The notes under the pieces: generated by a model
Told to the model about the DNA's origin: nothing
Database searches by the model: none
Seen by the model: only the letters and a program-made list of their open reading frames with translations
Assembly (NCBI RefSeq): GCF_006345805.1
Contig: NC_043001.1
Coordinates: 75,950,001 to 76,014,000, forward strand
Source of the DNA: Octopus sinensis
Taxonomy: Eukaryota
DNA length: 64,000 nt
Direction of reading: 5' to 3'
Position numbers and translations under genes: made by a program
Shown here: piece after piece, positions 11,491-23,123 of the stretch
How positions within the stretch are numbered: the first letter of the stretch is position 1
Layout of the letters: every line of letters starts with the position of its first letter

Positions 11491-11829
11491 GAAACCCCCT
11501 TCGGCCATGAGTGACCGTGAGATTGCACCAAGAAAGTTACCGCCCCTCCATGTACAAGTCCGGGCAAGGTTATTTTATGGAAGACCAGCAGTCGCCCATG
11601 AATACCATCCTCCCCTCTCCATGCCACCAGTGTTATCCAAGGGAAAGGCAAAGGCCGATACAGCTTGGCACCAGTGACGTCACAACTCGTTTCTACAGCT
11701 GAGTGGACTGGAGCAACGTGAAATAAAGTGTCTTGCTCAAGAACACAACACGCAGCCCGGTCCAGGATTCGAACTCACAACCTCATGATCGTATAATCTC
11801 GACGCTCTAACCACTGAGCCATGCACCTT
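11491..11829 (-). mobile_element. CORE-like SINE (head D plus 'gaccgaagggg' tail)
   Basis: Minus strand: ggtgcatggctcagtggttagagcg..gagttcgaatcctggaccggg..gttgtgttcttgagcaagacac..tgacgtcactggtgccaagctg..ggcgactgctggtcttccata..ggccgaaggggg. Confidence 0.85.
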
Positions 11830-11831
11830 CC

Positions 11832-11869
<38 letters not shown>

Positions 11870-11872
11870 GAT

Positions 11873-11912
<40 letters not shown>

Positions 11913-12028
11913 CAATAGTATTAATTTATTCTTAATGATGGTGAAATTAACTTCTTGAACCTTACTTAGTTACTTGACATTAACCTTAATTACTTAGTAT
12001 ACTATATATATAATATATATTATATATA

Positions 12029-12061
<33 letters not shown>

Positions 12062-12149
12062 ATGTATGTATGTATATATACATATATATATAATACACAT
12101 GTATATATATATATGCATATATGGGTACAGGACGTCACCAACTGTAAAC

Positions 12150-12620
12150 AATATGATGTAGGAAAACAAACGAGAAAAAATGGAAAACAGGACAAGTAAT
12201 ACAAAGAACGACCCTTCATCAGTTGTTGGTTGTCTATCTACTCATTTCGGCGCATTAAACGCCAATATGAGTCTTCGAAGACAGTTGCTCCCATAACTTC
12301 CAAAATAGAATTTGGGATTTTATGGAGAGCCAAAGTTGAGAACAAAAACAGGACAGCAGAGATATACAAGGAAACCGAACGAAAACAAACATATCGTAGG
12401 GTCGTTGGACCAGAACGAGGGGAAAATAGAGAACGCTGAGAGAAATATTTTCTTTGAAAAGAGAAAAGATAGAAGAGAGAGATAGATGACGTTCAGTTCT
12501 TAGAACGTCTGTGCAGGAAAAGAAACATGGTCACGTTAGAAAAAGTAAGATGGACGATGGTCACGTGTGATCAACAGGAGAGAGAAAAGGAGAAAGAGAA
12601 GGAGAGAGAGACAGATATAT
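12150..12620 (-). mobile_element. Unclassified dispersed repeat related to 42950-43590 and 59840-60380
   Basis: Shared core gaaa..gagtagat..aactga(t/a)gaaggg followed by a T-rich tract in all three copies. Confidence 0.5.
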
Positions 12621-12642
12621 ATATTTAGCTTAGATCATATAT

Positions 12643-12979
12643 ATTTGTGACATATTTCAACTACTAAAAGACTAATACACTGCAGTTATCGTGGAGAATA
12701 TATCTCCCTTATGGTAAAAAGGTGTGAAAACACCCAGTTCGTTCAGTGTCGCCATCTATTAGGAAACCCTGACATCGATGTTTCAAGCATGTCTGAACAA
12801 ATTTATGAAGTCATAGCTTCATGTATAATTCAGCCAAGAACGTTGACAGATTTGCGCTACTAGATCGCCCGATCGGGGAAAATAACGAAATGTTAGCACT
12901 AAGCATTGTTTAGGCATACGCAGAATTTAGGTTAGTTAAAATATGTTCGTGACATGTTTTCAGCTAACCTAAATTCTGC
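12643..12979 (+). repeat. Unclassified repeat X, about 302-bp tandem period, ending in a 60-bp hairpin
   Basis: Matches 60821-61021 (-) in permuted order; gtgacat occurs at 12647 and 12949; hairpin 12920-12979. A short fragment also lies at about 11128-11168. Confidence 0.7.
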
Positions 12980-14361
12980 ATATATATATATATATACATA
13001 CATTGATCGCTCTTAGTCTTTCTATCCATATGGCCCCTGAGGATCCATATGAAATTTTGTGGTGGGTCTACCCAAGAAAATAGTAAATTGTGGATCCTTG
13101 ATAGTTTTTTGAGGGCTCCTAAGACAATTTTGCTTTAGATGTTGGTGTTGGTATGTATTGCAAGAAACAGCTAGGTTTCTTTCTCTAAAATTTTACATAG
13201 TTCAACCTACACAAGTTACATGTGTGAGAAACAAAATAGGAATTTTGAAAGACGTCTCTATAAAACTAGTTTTTAAACATCGACTGGCTAGGGGTGGGTA
13301 CCAGAATAAAATAGTAATCAAAGGTGTCCTTAGATAAAAAAAGAAATGGTTGAGAAACCCTTGTGTACAACATACTTGATTGATAAAGCTTAGTAAAACC
13401 AAAACATATTTCTTGTTTTCACCAATTGGTTTCAAATTCCAGATCAGCTCCAATCTGTATTGTCTGTGTTATCAAAATATTTCAATCAACTGACCGTAAA
13501 AGAATTATCTGCATTATTTATGATATTGGTTTTAGATTTTAAATAACCCGTTAGAGGGAGATTTCGTCTGCAAATTGCTTGGATATTCTCACGCGACATT
13601 ATCCAAGTAATGGAGTAATCACGACTCATTATATTATACATTTGAGAGCCAAGAATATTTCTTTTGTTGAACAGTTTATGTTTTGTTGTTTGAAACTCAT
13701 ACATTCTAACTAACATATATTAAAATGTATCCTTGCGCTTGTTTACTTGTCCTTTTCTTTCCATTTGCAATGCTAGAATGTATAAAATCCAGCCAGCCCT
13801 CTCCAAATTTCACAGCTGAATTTCGGTTTTGTCAAGGGGAAACGTAAAAAAACAAAATACAAGCTAGAAATTGATGACTTTTTAAAAGAATATTTTGACA
13901 AGTCTTTTTTCTTTTCTAATGTTTCTTTTTCTTGTTTTCCTTTTCACGAGGCGGTTAAGTTTTTTTTTTAAATATTTTTGTAAGGAAATACTCTACATGT
14001 TGTGTTTTACAAATAATGTCAAGATACATTTGGATTTTAATTATCTCTCTTCATGTTTTCGTTGCTCTTTCACTTCCTCTTTGCTTAAATATGACGGACA
14101 TGTGGTATAAATAGACAAAACCGACAGTCATTGTTTTTTACGAATTCCGATTGAAGACATAGTCAAAACAACTATTTTACAAACAACCACACCAAATCTG
14201 TTCCCATAGCCCTCATCTCCACAATACCAACAGCAACATCACCACCACCACCACTGTCATCATTACCATAGTCATCCATCTTTTCTTTTGCCATATTTAT
14301 TTTTATTATTATTATCTTTATTATTATTATCATCATCACCATCATCATCATCATCATCATT

Positions 14362-14868
14362 GAGTCGCCGAGCTGGTAGAATCGTTAGCATTCCGAGAAA
14401 AATGCTTAGCGGCATTTCGTCCGTCTTTGCATTCTGAGTTCAAATTCCGCCGAGGTTGACTTTGCCTTTCATCCTTTCGGAGTTGATGAAATAAGTACTA
14501 GTTGCGTACTGGCGTCGATCTAATCTACTGGCCTCCTCCCACAAAATTTCAGGCCCTGTGCCTATAGTAGAAAGGATTATTATTATTATATTATTATTAT
14601 TATTATTATATTATTATTATTATTATTATTGAGTCGGCAAGCTGGCAAAATCGTTAGTACGTTAGGCAAAATACTTTGAAACAGTTCGTCCCTCAGTACG
14701 TACCGAGTTCAAATTCCACCGAAGTCGACTTTGCCTTTCATCCTCACGCGGTGGATAAATTAGGTACCAGTCAAGTACTGGGGTTGATGTGATCGATTGT
14801 CCCTCTCCCCACATAAATCCTGGCCTTGTGCCTATAGTAAAAAGGACTATTACTATTATTATTATTAT

Positions 14869-14870
<2 letters not shown>
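14362..14870 (+). mobile_element. SINE family B dimer joined by (TTA)n
   Basis: Copies at 14362-14580 and 14631-14870, each ending gcctatagta.aaagga.tattatt. Confidence 0.85.
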
Positions 14871-14919
<49 letters not shown>

Positions 14920-15747
14920 CTGTGTTGGTGCTGGAGCAGGTGGTGATGGCAGCGAAAGTGGTGGCTGTGGTGATGGTGCTGGTAGTAGTAGTAGTATGTA
15001 TGTATATATGGATGGATGGATGGATGGATGTAGGTAGGTAGGTGATAGGTGTGGATGTATGTTGAATCTAAAACAATGTAATTTTAGATACGTGTGTGTG
15101 TGTGTGTGTGCGTTGTATATATGCATGTATGTATATGTTTATGTATGTATATATATATATGAGAAAATGTGTATGTATATGTATGAGAGACAGAGAGAAG
15201 AAGGCAAAGAGAGTGAGAGAGTGTAGAAGTGAGATAAAAGGAAGCAGTGATCTGATTCAGAATGGAAAGAATTCAAAATTGCTGGAGAAGGCGACAGTAC
15301 AACCAATAGTTTTAGCTGTTATTGTCGCCGTCGACGTCGTCACCATTGTCGTCGATGCCGTCGTAATCGTTGTCGTCGTTGTTGTCATCACATTACTACA
15401 ACGGAGTTTTAGCTAAGGGAAGAAAAAACATCTTTTCTTTTTTTTTTCACGAAGTTATGAGAATTGAAGCTCTTTTTGGCCCAGGAAATCATTGTGAAGG
15501 AGAGAGAAAACGTTTGCGATGCAAAGAATCGTGTTATTTAATATTACTGCACTTTTAGATATATATATAATAGTACACAATACGTTTGTCATACACGAAA
15601 TAACTAAGTGAAAATATTAGATAATGTGTTTTTCTCATGTCTTATACCTAATTTTCCATTAAAATTAAATGGCTTTAACATATAATTTTTAAAATGTCAT
15701 TTTTTATTTACACTGGTCAGTAATAACATATTTAACAATATCCTACG

Positions 15748-15751
15748 AGCG

Positions 15752-15801
<50 letters not shown>

Positions 15802-16206
15802 GCATATATACTATTATATATATATACTATATATATATATGTATATACATATAAATACATATATATGTATATACATATAAATACATATATATATACATAT
15901 ATATATATGCATATATATATACACATATATATATATACATATATATATATAATATATATATATATGCAAATATATATAATATATATATACATATATATTA
16001 ATATATATAATATAAACAATTATATACATATATATATTTTAAATACCTATACATATATACTATTATATATAGACATATATATATATGTATCCTATTGTAT
16101 ATATATATACTATTATATATATATATAATATATAATATATATATATATATATTATATATATATATAATATAGAATATATATATTTATATGTATATGTATG
16201 TATGTC

Positions 16207-16237
<31 letters not shown>

Positions 16238-16305
16238 GTATGTATGTATGTATGTATGTATGTATGTATGTATGTATGTATTGTATGTATGTATGTATGT
16301 ATTGG
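15748..16305. repeat. Compound (TA)n/(TATG)n microsatellite block
   Basis: Directly visible. Confidence 0.95.
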
Positions 16306-16494
16306 TAGTTAGTAAGGGATTTCTTGAAACATATACCGGTTTGCTCACAGTTGGGTATTTAAAATAAGCTATTCAACGGTTAGTATATAAATCCAATAAT
16401 AATTCTCATGAGATAAGAATTCAGAGATATATTCCGTTGGATTATTCTAAATATATTACTTTAATCATATAGGTTTCTTGGCATACTTAATATC

Positions 16495-16559
<65 letters not shown>

Positions 16560-16641
16560 GTGTGTGTGCGTGTGTTTGTGTCTACATGTTTCACTCATTA
16601 GACTGCCGCTATGCTAGAGTACCGTCTTGCAGGGTTTAGTT

Positions 16642-16819
16642 GAAGTAGCATTAGCATTATCTTTAATTACCTTTTCAAATATACACGGATTCAAATAGAC
16701 CTACACATGTTTCTATTGTATCAATATTGTATCAATACCGTTGGAATAGAAACATGTGTAGGTCTATTTGAAGCCATATACATGTGAAAAGGAATTAAAT
16801 ATAATTCTAATACTACTTC
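16642..16819. repeat. Fold-back inverted repeat, about 75-bp arms with a perfect 28-bp core
   Basis: ttcaaatagacctacacatgtttctatt (16690-16717) / aatagaaacatgtgtaggtctatttgaa (16745-16772); the outer arms are imperfect. Confidence 0.85.
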
Positions 16820-16933
16820 ATAATAACCTTAATTATTATTATTATTGATATATTTATATATATATATATATTCTTTTATACTTTTACATGTTTCCGCCCT
16901 AAGTTTGCGGCAATGCTGTCGTATTCTTTTATT

Positions 16934-17210
16934 CTTTTACTTGTTTCAGTCATTTGGCTGCGGCCGTGTGGGGGCACTGCCTTATAAGGGTTTTTAGTCG
17001 AAGAAATCGACCACAGGACATTCTTTGTAAGCATAATGCTTATTTTATCGGTTTCTTTTGCCTAATCGCTAAGTTACGGGGACATAAACACACCAACATC
17101 GGTTGTCAAGCGATGGTGGAAGAACAAACTTAGACACAAAGAAACACACGCATAAATATATACATATATATACGACGGGCTTCTTTCTGTTTCCGTCGGC
17201 TACATCCACT
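16934..17210 (-). mobile_element. SINE family A, lacking its 5' head
   Basis: cttttacttgtttcagtcatttggctgcggcc..cgctaagttacggggac..gacgggcttctttc. Confidence 0.85.
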
Positions 17211-17271
17211 AAATCTCCAAAAAGGAAACATTAGAGATAGTCAAATTTAGCACGAACAAATTGTATGAGTG

Positions 17272-17306
<35 letters not shown>

Positions 17307-17347
17307 TGTGTGTGTGCGCGCGCGTGGTGTGTGTGTGGCTGATTACT

Positions 17348-17572
17348 GTGTATTTATCTTTGTTTGTTCCCCGCCTCCACCTTCATAACAGTGTAAAATT
17401 GTTTTACGTGCTTGTAAATTAGCGGTTCGGCAAAAGATATCGATATATTTTGCCGAACCGGTAAATATATATCAGACTTGAAAAAAGTACCAGGATTGAT
17501 TTGTTCAACTGAAGCTCTAAAATGCGGTGCTCCAGCATGTCTGCAGTCTTACGAATAGAAAGAGTAAAATAG
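17348..17572 (+). mobile_element. SINE family A, 3' half
   Basis: ttagcggttcggcaaaaga..gcggtgctccagcatg..gcagtc. Confidence 0.75.
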
Positions 17573-18438
17573 AAAAAAATTAAGAGACCAAAAATAAAAA
17601 TAAAGACGCCATGAATTCAGCCCTACCCTGCGGCATTCTCAATACTGAGCCCTATCCTTAAGTATTCGCTGTCTATTAGCTTCTAAAGAATGAGTAATGG
17701 CTAACATTGGCGTGCGATAATTTTTTTTTTTTTTTTTTCTTATGACAGGAGGGAGTAATCTGACAAAGAATATTATTGATAGCACCATTAGGGTTGTGTA
17801 AAGGAGAAAAACAAAAGAAAACCGAGCGTTTTAGAATTCTCGCAACTCAGTGCAGAATGCATGTCTTCTCACAGCTAATCTGTAATGATTCACAAGTAGA
17901 AAAATTAATTGAAATATAGGAAGGAGGATCTTTTAATACACGCACGCACAAACACACATATACATACGTACACACATATATATATATATATATATATATC
18001 CACATATCAACAAACTTTGACACTCCTGTAAATTTTACTATAATGGGTTATAACGGAGCCAGCGTATGTCCGTATAACTACCACTGCAGTTACGTTTGCT
18101 GGTGCAATATCTCAATGAGGTAATAGAAAGGCTCGCATTGGTTCAAATCTGCACCAACCCAACCAAGCTACGCGCGCGCGCACTCACACACACATTCACT
18201 CACTCATCCTTTCTTTTCACAACGTCTTGTAAATTTCCCATCCCAGCTCTTATGAATTTTTCAATAACGTGATCGGTACAGTAGGTCCTCTGTATTGATT
18301 GTAAACTGATCCTTTATATGACTTCGCTTGTTGCGAATGCAAGTTGAAACTTTCCATGTCCTAATAGGATACAAATGTACACGAGCACACGCACACACAC
18401 ACCCACACACACACATATAGCGTTAAGAAAATTTTCCG

Positions 18439-18601
18439 AGGCACGGAAGTGGCTGTGTGGTAAGAAGTTTGCTTCCCCACCACATTGGTTCTGGGTTCAG
18501 TCCCACTGCGTGGCACCTTCGGCAAGTGGCTTCTACTATATCCTGGGGCCCACCAAAACCTAGTGAGTGGATTTGATAGACGGAAACTGAAAGAAGCTCG
18601 T

Positions 18602-18606
<5 letters not shown>
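18439..18606 (+). mobile_element. SINE family A, 5' head
   Basis: gtggctgtgtggtaagaagtttgc..gggttcagtcccactgcgtggcacc..gacggaaactgaaagaagc. Confidence 0.85.
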
Positions 18607-18643
<37 letters not shown>

Positions 18644-19140
18644 TATATATAGATATATCTATATATATATAATATTCTATTAGATATATATATATACTAT
18701 ATATATATATTATATATATATATAGAATATATATATATATATATATAATATATATATAATAGATATAAGGATAAGAGAAACTTTAGAAGGAGCAAATCCA
18801 GGCAACCAATAGGAATTCACAGCATAATTTTAAACACAGTCAAATAAATATACATATAGATTTATAAATCATTGAACAAAATTACATGTAAAAGTCGTAT
18901 GTGAAAACTATGCATTATGTACGTTGGGTTCAGGTACCGAATTGAGGAGTGACAAATAAAGAAATAAAAATTCGAGGTAAGGGCTTCCAAAAGGAACTGT
19001 TCGAAGCAATTAAGAATTTGATGCTTACACGTAATGTCGGATGATAGTTAAGAAATTTTAAAAATCAAAGGTAAATATGTAGATAAATAGGTAGATATAA
19101 TAAATATATACAGATTCAGGTGAATTCGGGTGAAGGATAT

Positions 19141-19231
19141 CATCTACGGCCGTTTCAGGGTTACAATAAATGTATAAATAGCGTATTAAGTATTCCAAAT
19201 ACAGAAACATAATGCCCCCCTCATCAGGATG
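19141..19231 (-). ncRNA. Type I hammerhead ribozyme with long stem II, downstream of a Penelope RT
   Basis: Minus strand: CATC-CTGATGA-GGGG..(about 55 nt)..CCCT-GAAAC-GGCC-GTA-GATG. Stem I CATC/GATG; palindromic stem III ACGGCCGT; GUA triplet at 19147-19145. Confidence 0.75.
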
Positions 19232-19289
19232 GTTTCCTTCGTGATGAAATCCTACATGGTAATAATTTATCTAATATTTTTCTATAAAG

Positions 19290-19909
19290 GTATGCTTGTT
19301 CGCTGCCAGTGGGTAGCATCAACGAACATGACTCTCGGGTATTTTTTGTTATCATACCATGAGTTGGCCTTATCTATCTTTTTTCTAGTCTTTTCTGTGC
19401 TGTTCCAGGATTTACTCCCGTATAGGGGGCAGATCCGCTTTGCATCACTCTCTATGATGGCTTTGTACTTAGCCCTGGATCTTTTGCGCACTCTAATCCT
19501 GTCCCTTTGGATGTAACCAGAGAATTGCATGCGGTGGATGAAGTTCCATAGGGTCGCACATGTGAGACACATTCCTCATCACTCTCACCAAGTCAGCTAT
19601 GAGAATATTGAACTTCGCGTTGTCCGCCATATTTGTGTTCTAGTGAACAAAGTATTTAGACGCCATGGGTTTGGCATAATAGAAATAAAGGATCTGGACT
19701 TAGTTGTCCTTGATTTCTATCTAGAATACAGTGTCTAAAACTGGTAGCCTATAGCTAGGGTGCGTGTTAGGGTAGTATATCGTTACTTTGATACTCTGGT
19801 GGATGAAGTTAGCTATTTGCTGGATGTTCTCCATAGTGGTAGCATCTAGATCATCAACATTGTCTTGTAGGGGTGCTTTAGCTACTATGTTGATATCATC
19901 CACATAGCG
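19290..19909 (-). mobile_element. Penelope-like element RT/linker fragment
   Basis: RYVDDINIV starts at 19909, then LPVLD and RMQFSGY..PLYGSKSW..WYDNKKYPRVMFVDAT; stops and frameshifts present. Confidence 0.8.
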
Positions 19910-20150
19910 GGATTATAGGATTAAGATTATGGAGTTCATTGCTAATTTCTCTTTGAGTCTCCTATCCGGACAATGGACATAAGTTAGAATAAGAACAGTA
20001 ATAATCTAGTGAAGAACGAATATATAGTGCGTTTGATCATTAACACGGCCATCCCGAAATACAACAATATCTATTTCAGCACACGACTTCACATCAGGAA
20101 TCTTGCAACATAAATTCAAAAACATGGGTGTGTACGTCTATATATATATA

Positions 20151-20511
20151 TCTCTATATAAACGGCAGTTTGTCTGTGTGTGTTCTGTGTGTCTGTTTGG
20201 TTGTACCCTCACCCTGACCACTGCTTTAAAAACCGATTCTGATGAAACTTGACACACACATAGCCCATGTCATAATTCAAAACTAAACGCAGCGAAAATT
20301 TTGAAAAGTTCCCTCACTTCTGAAAAAAAATCGTAAATTCGACATGGGGTCGAGAATCAGAAACACAAACCACAGACTGTCTAGGGACGCAACTCGACCT
20401 TTTTTAACTCTCAAAAAAAATTTACCAATCATTTTTTTTCCGCTATAACCTCTAAAAATGCTTATATAGTTATTTCCCTTACAACCTGAGCAACGCGGGC
20501 GATACTGCTAG
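20151..20511 (+). mobile_element. Non-autonomous Helitron
   Basis: 5' A|TCTCTATATAAA; 3' imperfect hairpin cctgagcaacgcggg (20485-20499) then CTAG|T at 20508-20512; no TSD. Confidence 0.85.
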
Positions 20512-20624
20512 TATATATATATATATATATAATAACAAAGGGTAAAATTAATTAATTAAGAAGTAATCAATAATTTCACAAAGTAGAATTCGGCATGAAA
20601 AAGGACCATTTCACGGTAAACTTA

Positions 20625-20744
20625 AGTAATACTTTATAATTAGGGTCCAGCAAAGATTTGCTTTAAGGTTTTTTGGCTGCTATTTCTAAACTTCGGTATG
20701 TGGTAAAGCAAATCTTTGCTGAACCCTAATTATAAAGTATTACT
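20625..20744. repeat. Fold-back inverted repeat: 41-bp arms, one mismatch, 38-bp spacer
   Basis: 20625-20665 versus 20704-20744. The right arm contains AGCAAA-TC-TTTGCT-GAAC, like an HHR stem II plus GAAAC remnant. Confidence 0.85.
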
Positions 20745-21666
20745 ATATATATATATATATGTATATATATAATATATATATATATGTATATATATGCATG
20801 TATGTACGTATTATCTATGTATTTTGTATTTGAGGAGGTATTTAACATATTCACCTCTCAAATTCACACAGTTATTGGAGCGATCCTTCTTTTTTTTTTC
20901 TAAACTCTGTAAAAGAACTAGGAAGGTTGGGCCTCGAGCCAGGCCTTTCCCAATACCCTTAAAGCCAGGAACATTTCAGCACCCCCACCCCCCACCCCCA
21001 CCCTGTATCTATACACACAAGCACACACAGACACATACACGCACACACGCACGCGCGCGGCTCTGAAGAAGATATACTAAGGAGGCGGTTCCTTATATTT
21101 TCAGTCAATCAATCGATCTATTAATAGGACTTAACCATGAACCCACCCATCGCTAATCCTCTGATAAATAGATGAATACAACCCACTATAACTGTCTCTT
21201 TTCTACATCACTCTGGGGACAGCATAACATCTTAACTTGATAATGGAACCATATAGGTTTATAAATTCGACTAGTGACAGACTTTGATTCCGGATTACCC
21301 AGAGTACAATACCAATCACAGTTTTGGGGGTTTTTTGTTGTTGTTGTTTTTTTTGCTAGCTTGGTGTTTCTGTATCTACATTTGACGTATTAATATGATG
21401 CGACGCGCTATTTGAGAACCACAGTAGGTGATAAAAAAATTCCAGAATCTGAACTTATCACAGCACAGCAGTTCCCTCCAAATACTTTTCTTTTTGTTTT
21501 TGATTATTTTTTTTACTAAGGATAAGGCCTGTTCAAATCGATATTTAGATGAATTATAGGTCGAGAGTTCATCTAAGTCTTAGATGAGCTCTCAATATCG
21601 AGAGTTAGTTATCTAGTCATTTTATTTACAAACCACTATCTTTTCCTATAATATATATTTCTAACT

Positions 21667-22176
21667 GTGGAGGCACAATGGCCCAGTGGTTAGGGCAGCG
21701 GACTTGCGGTCGTAAGATCGTGGTTTCGATTCCCAGACCGGGCATTCTGAGTGTTTATTGAGCGAAAACACCTAAAGTTCCACAAAGTTCTGGCAGGGCG
21801 GGGTGAACTCTGCTGTACTCTTTCACCACAATTTTTTCTCACTCTTTCTTCCTGTTTCTGTTGTACATGTATTTCAAAGGGCTAGCCTTGTCACACTCTG
21901 TGTCACGCTGAATCTTCCCGAGAAAGACGTTAAGGGTACACATGTCTGTGGAGTGCTCAACCACTTGCACGTTAATAAATGAACTGCGACGTCACTGGTG
22001 CCAAGCTATATAGGCCTTTGCCTTTCTCTTGGATAATATCGGTGGCATAGAGATGGGAGGCTGGTATGCATGGGCGACTGCTGGTCTTCCATAAACCACC
22101 TTGTTCGGATTTGTGCCTCGGAGGGTAACTTTCAACGTGCAATCCCATGATCATTTATGACCGAAAGGGGTCACAC
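21667..22176 (+). mobile_element. Chimeric SINE (head C, OR-type body, 'gaccgaagggg' tail) with 11-bp TSD
   Basis: TSD tatttctaact at 21656-21666 and 22177-22187; module switch at about 21976. Confidence 0.9.
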
Positions 22177-22375
22177 TATTTCTAACTATGCCTCAGAAGC
22201 CATCCTTTTCTTTTTAGTTAACAGATTGTTATCTGTTTAATCAATTCCCGTACCTGGTGGTATTTATTCTATTGGTCTCAGAATAAAGAAAGAAAACACT
22301 ATTGATGGCTAGATTTGAAATCAGGCCATCAATAGATGTAGTGCATATAAATAACTGAGAGTTATTTACTTATGT

Positions 22376-22682
22376 GTAGAGGCACATGGCCTAGTGATTA
22401 GAGCAGCGAACTTGCGGTCGAGGGATCGCGTGTTTGAATCTCAGACCGGGCGATGTGTGTGCTTATGAGCGAAACACATAAGTTCCACGCGGCTCCGGAA
22501 GAATGTAATGTCGAACTTCTGCTGACTCCTTCACCACAACTTTCTCTCTCTCTTTCCTCCTGCATCTTGTAGCTCACCTGCGACGGACCGGCGTCTCGTC
22601 TAGGTGGGGAACCTATACGCCGAGAAAACCAGGAAACCGGCCCTATGATCCAGGCATGGCTTGAGAAGGAACAAACAACAAC
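22376..22682 (+). mobile_element. SINE (head C plus V-domain-like tail) with 12-bp TSD
   Basis: TSD atttacttatgt at 22364-22375 and 22683-22694; ctgcgacggaccggcgtctcgtctag resembles the V-SINE domain. Confidence 0.85.
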
Positions 22683-22739
22683 ATTTACTTATGTACTTTA
22701 CCATCTTTATCCTGGTTTACCTTTAAAATTTCTTATTTA

Positions 22740-22957
22740 GGTACAAATCCAGCAGTTTTGAAGGGAGTGGGCTTAGTCCTTATTATTGACTTTAGTTTTC
22801 TTTATTGGTGATTATGATACTATATTTTCTCGACTCTCGAAGGGATGAAAGGCAAATCTGACTTTGACAGAATTTGAAGACAGAACGTAAAGGGCCGGTA
22901 AAAATGCCGCTAAGAATTTTGTCCAACGCTCTATAGATTTTACCAGGTGGCCAACTT
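22740..22957 (-). mobile_element. SINE family B (degenerate)
   Basis: gaagggatgaaaggcaaatctgact..gaatttgaagacagaacgtaaag..ccgctaagaattt. Confidence 0.75.
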
Positions 22958-23012
22958 GATAACAATAATAATCCTTTCTGCTAGATGCATAGGGGTTTGA
23001 TGGGGTTGCTTT

Positions 23013-23123
23013 AGTCGGTCCGAAGATATAGTAGAAGAAACTTGTTCAAGGTGCCGTGCAGTGGGACTGAACCCAAGCCCATATAGTCGGGATGAAAACT
23101 CCATAACCACACAGCCACGCCTA
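23013..23123 (-). mobile_element. SINE family A head fragment
   Basis: tatagtagaagaaacttgttcaaggtgccgtgcagtgggactgaaccc..accacacagccacgcct. Confidence 0.8.
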
